From positions 32,001 through 96,000 of the forward strand of contig JAZRKN010000005.1 of NCBI GenBank assembly GCA_045646345.1: DNA of 64,000 bases, written 5' to 3'. Made by a program: the position numbers and the translations under genes. Shown piece after piece: positions 62,575 to 64,000 of the stretch. How positions within the stretch are numbered: position 1 is the first letter of the stretch; each line of letters opens with the position of its first letter. The DNA is from Candidatus Scatovivens sp. (GTDB lineage Bacteria; Bacillota; Clostridia; TANB77; CAG-508). Under the pieces are notes generated by a model, which had not been told where the DNA came from, made no database searches, and worked only from the letters and a program-made list of their open reading frames with translations.

Positions 62575-62889
62575 ATGAATGTAAAACATTTTATTGAGGA
62601 AAAGGTATTACTTTTTGAATTTACAGAAGAATTGGATCATCACGCTTCAGAAAGATTAAGAAAAAGGAGTGATTATGAAATTCAAAGGTTTATGCCAAAA
62701 AAAGTTGTTATGGATTTTAAAAGAGTAAATTTTATGGATAGTGCAGGAGTTGGTTTGATTATAGGTAGATATAAATCAGCGAATTGTTATGGAGGAACAT
62801 TAGAACTTATGAATGTTAATAATAAAATTAAAAGAATTTTTGAAATGGCAGGAGTTTTAAAAATTGTTCCAATAGTTCAAAGTTTATAA
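62575..62889 (+). CDS. spoIIAA: Anti-sigma F factor antagonist
   Basis: ELDHH, FMDSAGVG..IGRYK STAS domain. Confidence 0.96.
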   Translation: MNVKHFIEEKVLLFEFTEELDHHASERLRKRSDYEIQRFMPKKVVMDFKRVNFMDSAGVGLIIGRYKSANCYGGTLELMNVNNKIKRIFEMAGVLKIVPIVQSL

Positions 62890-62906
62890 AAAGGAGTGTA
62901 TAAAAA

Positions 62907-63365
62907 ATGAATAGAAATATAAAAAATGAAATGAAAATAGAATTTTTAAGTCGATCAGCAAATGAAGCATTTGCAAGAATTTCCGTTGCAGCATTTGCAT
63001 CACAATTAGATCCAACAATAGAGGAGATTGCAGATATTAAAACTTCTGTATCAGAAGCGGTTACAAATTCAATAATACATGCTTATCCCAATAAGGATGG
63101 TTTAGTAAAATTAAGGGCTGTTTTATATGACGATGAAATAGAAATTGAAGTTTCAGATACTGGAGAAGGTATTGAAAATGTGGAAGAGGCAAAAGTTCCA
63201 TTGTTTACAACTAAAGGTAATTTAGAAAGATCAGGGATGGGGTTTACCATTATGGAAAATTTTATGGATGAACTAAAAGTAGAATCTATATTAGGTCTTG
63301 GTACAAAAGTAACTATGAATAAAAAAATAAAGAGAAATAAAGAACTTGAAAATAATACATATTAG
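62907..63365 (+). CDS. spoIIAB: Anti-sigma F factor
   Basis: [33 protein letters not shown]. Confidence 0.97.
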   Translation: MNRNIKNEMKIEFLSRSANEAFARISVAAFASQLDPTIEEIADIKTSVSEAVTNSIIHAYPNKDGLVKLRAVLYDDEIEIEVSDTGEGIENVEEAKVPLFTTKGNLERSGMGFTIMENFMDELKVESILGLGTKVTMNKKIKRNKELENNTY

Positions 63366-63374
63366 GAGGCTAAA

Positions 63375-64000
63375 ATGCAAGAAAGAGAAAAATCTCTTAT
63401 TGCAGAAGCACAGCAAGGTGATAAAGAAAAATTAGCACAAATTTTAGAGGAAAATAAACGGTCTTATATGGAGTATAGTAAAAAGATTTTTAGGAAGAGG
63501 ATATGAAGCAGATGATTTATATCAAATTGCATGCATAGGTTTTATTGAAGCGATAAAGAGATTTAAATTTGAATTTAATGTGGAATTATCTACTTACTCA
63601 GTACAATATATGATTGGTGAAATAAAGAAGTTTTTAAGAGATGATGGAATAATAAGAATTAGCAGAAGTGTTAAAGAATTGGGGATAAAGATAAAAGAGT
63701 TAGATAGAATATATATTGCAAAGACAGGAGAGTCATTATGTGTGAGTAGACTATCAAAAATTTTAGAATTACCAGAAGAGAATATATATATTGCTATGGA
63801 GGCATCTCAGACAGTTGAATCTATAAATGAGAAAATTGGAACAGATGGAAAAGAGTTAATTGAAACTTTGAAATCTGAAGAGGATGAAGAAGCAAAAATT
63901 GTAAATAAAATTACGATTTCAGAAATGATAGGGAATTTAAATTTTAGAGATAGAGAAATTATAAAATTAAGATATTTTAAAGATAAAACACAAAGTCAAG
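63375..64000 (+). CDS. sigF: Sporulation sigma factor SigF, with +1 frameshift at about 63459; runs off window end
   Basis: Frame 0 gives MQER...AQQGDKE...EENK then stops at 63504; the +1 frame from 63460 gives GLIWSIVKRFLGRGYEADDLYQI...IGEIKKFLRDDG and is open to the end. Confidence 0.88.

Overview
AT-rich chromosomal segment of a spore-forming Clostridia-class bacterium (class inferred from gene content). Housekeeping content: trimeric NADH-linked [FeFe]-hydrogenase, mfd, pepF, an OmpR two-component system, pflAB, ireB-ruvX, rbgA-mrnC, recN, sigK, prmC-whiA-hemW, hrcA-grpE-dnaK-dnaJ, recD2, spoIIAA-spoIIAB-sigF, tRNA-Glu(CTC) and 6S RNA. No transposase, integrase, phage or CRISPR array was seen. 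Main unusual observations: (1) a dispersed set of stand-alone orphan genes with atypical codon usage, each with its own sigmaA promoter and terminator; in five of them the 5' leader and 3' trailer are complementary in nested order, often through G-U pairs, so the mRNA could close into a panhandle. (2) sigF, and possibly the hydrogenase HydC subunit, need a +1 frameshift exactly at a rare CGG codon overlapping a Gly codon. (3) Two covarying copies of a yybP-ykoY-like riboswitch precede orphan non-transporter genes. (4) A pilin-like / TadZ-MinD-like (AT-hook, 10x acidic repeat) / degenerate GAF-GGDEF operon runs into ireB-ruvX. (5) A divergent RelA/SpoT-like orphan and a candidate 77-nt sRNA next to 6S RNA. 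All alignments and pairings were done by eye; no database searches were run.
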